Assembly: GCA_965214405.1 (NCBI GenBank)
Contig: OZ243956.1
Coordinates: 1,120,001-1,184,000 of the forward strand
Reading direction: 5' to 3'
DNA: 64,000 nucleotides
Source of the DNA: Trueperaceae bacterium
GTDB lineage: Bacteria; Deinococcota; Deinococci; Deinococcales; Trueperaceae
Shown: positions 62,241 through 64,000 of the stretch, one piece after another
Numbering within the stretch: the first letter of the stretch is position 1
Layout of the letters: each line of letters begins with the position of its first letter
Made by a program: the position numbers and the translations under genes
The notes under the pieces: generated by a model
What the model saw: only the letters and a program-made list of their open reading frames with translations
Databases searched by the model: none
Told to the model about the DNA's origin: nothing

Positions 62241-63866
62241 ATGGTTGACACGATGGTTGACAACACGAAAAAGACGCCAGGGGAAACGACGGGAAAGCCA
62301 GGGGAAACGTTTTTGGAGGGGGCGGCGACCGTCCACCGGGGGCTGCGCCGCGCGGCGCTTTACGAGGCGGTGCTCGGGCGCGGAGAGGGTGTCCTCGCCA
62401 AAGACGGGCCGCTTATTGTCGATACGGGCACCTTTACGGGTCGCTCGCCGCGCGACAAGTTTATCGTCAGGGACGCGCTGACCGAGGCGCTCATCGATTG
62501 GGGCGACATCAACCAATCGATGAGCGAGGCGCACTTCGCGGCGCTTAAGGAGGACTTTGGCGCGGCGGTGAGAGGCAAGACGCTTTTTGTCCAAGACCTG
62601 TATGTAGGCACCGACGCGCGCTACCGCGTGCCCGTGCGCATCATTACCGAGTACGCCTGGCACAGCCTGTTTTCCAGAAATATGTTTGTGAGGCCCGTCA
62701 CACCCTCGGAGGAGGACGCGTTTACGCCCGCTTATACGGTCGTGGACCTGCCGAGCTTAATCGCGGACCCCGCGCGGCACGGCTCCAAAGGGTCCACCGT
62801 CATCGCCCTGAATTTGAGCGAGCGCTTAGTGCTCGTCGCCAACACCGAGTACGCGGGCGAGATTAAAAAATCCGTCTTTTCGGCGATGAATTTTGCGCTG
62901 CCCGCGCAGGGCGTGCTGCCCATGCACTGCTCGGCCAACGAAGACCCGGCGGGCCGGGTGGCGCTCTTTTTCGGGCTCTCGGGCACGGGCAAGACGACGC
63001 TCTCGGCGGACGCCTCGCGCACGCTGATTGGCGACGACGAGCACGGCTGGTCGGCGGACGGCGTGTTCAACTTCGAGGGGGGCTGCTACGCCAAGGTGAT
63101 TCACTTAAGCGCCGAAAACGAGCCCGAAATCTACGCGACGACCGAACGCTTCGGGACGCTGCTCGAGAACGTCGGCTTCGACCCCGACACCCGCGTGGTC
63201 GATTTCACCGACAACAGCAAAACCGAGAACACCCGCGCGGCCTATCCCATCGAATTTATCCCCAACGCCAGCCCCACGGGCGTGGGCGGCCATCCGGCGG
63301 ACGTGGTGTTTCTGACCGCCGACGCCTTTGGCGTGCTGCCGCCCGTGTCACGCCTCAGCGTCGACCAAGCAATGTACTACTTTTTGTCGGGCTACACCGC
63401 CAAGGTCGCGGGCACCGAGCGCGGCGTGACCGAACCCAAGGCGACCTTTAGCACGTGTTTCGGCGCGCCTTTTATGCCCCTGGCGCCGAGCGTCTACGCG
63501 ACACTTTTGGGCGACAAGCTGCGCGCGCACGGGTCGCGCGTGTGGCTCGTTAACACCGGCTGGACGGGCGGTCCCTACGGGACGGGCACGCGCATCCGTT
63601 TGCCCTACACCAGGGCGATGGTCCGGGCGGCGCTGGCGGGCGAGCTTGACGCGGTCCCAACGCGCACCCATCCCATTTTCGGCTTAGACGTGCCCGAGCG
63701 CGTTCCCGGTGTTCCCGAGGGGCTGCTCGAGGCCCGCAGCACCTGGCGCGACGCGCGCGCCTACGACGCCCAGGCCGAGAAACTGGCGGCGATGTTCAGG
63801 ACGAATTTTGAGCGTTTTGCCGCCAACGTGCCCCAAAGCGTACGAGACGCGGGGCCGTTGGGTTAA
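62241..63866 (+). CDS. pckA: Phosphoenolpyruvate carboxykinase (ATP)
   Basis: TGRSPRDK, YAGEIKK, MHCSAN, GLSGTGKTTLS, IGDDEHGW, NFEGGCYAK. Confidence 0.98.
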   Translation: MVDTMVDNTKKTPGETTGKPGETFLEGAATVHRGLRRAALYEAVLGRGEGVLAKDGPLIVDTGTFTGRSPRDKFIVRDALTEALIDWGDINQSMSEAHFAALKEDFGAAVRGKTLFVQDLYVGTDARYRVPVRIITEYAWHSLFSRNMFVRPVTPSEEDAFTPAYTVVDLPSLIADPARHGSKGSTVIALNLSERLVLVANTEYAGEIKKSVFSAMNFALPAQGVLPMHCSANEDPAGRVALFFGLSGTGKTTLSADASRTLIGDDEHGWSADGVFNFEGGCYAKVIHLSAENEPEIYATTERFGTLLENVGFDPDTRVVDFTDNSKTENTRAAYPIEFIPNASPTGVGGHPADVVFLTADAFGVLPPVSRLSVDQAMYYFLSGYTAKVAGTERGVTEPKATFSTCFGAPFMPLAPSVYATLLGDKLRAHGSRVWLVNTGWTGGPYGTGTRIRLPYTRAMVRAALAGELDAVPTRTHPIFGLDVPERVPGVPEGLLEARSTWRDARAYDAQAEKLAAMFRTNFERFAANVPQSVRDAGPLG

Positions 63867-64000
63867 GCCGCGCGTTCTGTAGCAGGTGGCGTTCCTTTTG
63901 AGCGAAATTCGGTTTACGCTTTACCGCTCATGACTCAGTTTAGGGAAGCCGCCTGCACCCCTAGACGCGACGTCAACGAAAACCGCTAGCCGCGCTTCAG

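Overview
GC-rich bacterial chromosome segment, most likely Deinococcota (Truepera-like). This is inferred from the 3353-aa TamB-type gene, the TANNNT -10 boxes directly upstream of many start codons, a Thermus-type serine-less hydrolase and a CXXC-type MnmA. Content is mostly housekeeping and metabolic: LysR, dusB, DEAD-box helicase, PAS-GGDEF-EAL, CsgG-like lipoprotein, MscS, glutamine synthetase III, sugar ABC transporter, lemA-htpX, mnmA, pgi, amtB-glnK, manA, trpC, tamB and pckA. There is one complete IS5-family element. I saw no rRNA, tRNA or CRISPR array. Main observations: (1) A BlaI / M56-peptidase / amidase locus reads as one ~940-aa fusion broken by an in-frame TAG and a G9 frameshift, with an unannotated C-terminal domain. 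(2) The palindrome CTCGAG, often GCTCGAGC, is strongly over-represented in all frames and between genes, like cyanobacterial HIP1. (3) A hydrolase resembles eukaryotic ABHD4/5. (4) There is a lone Bacteroidota-type GldC. (5) A secreted-protein gene appears to start at ATA. (6) There are orphan or decayed antitoxins, many short tandem duplications, heptamer tracts and a long structured region upstream of pgi. All calls are by eye; no searches were run.
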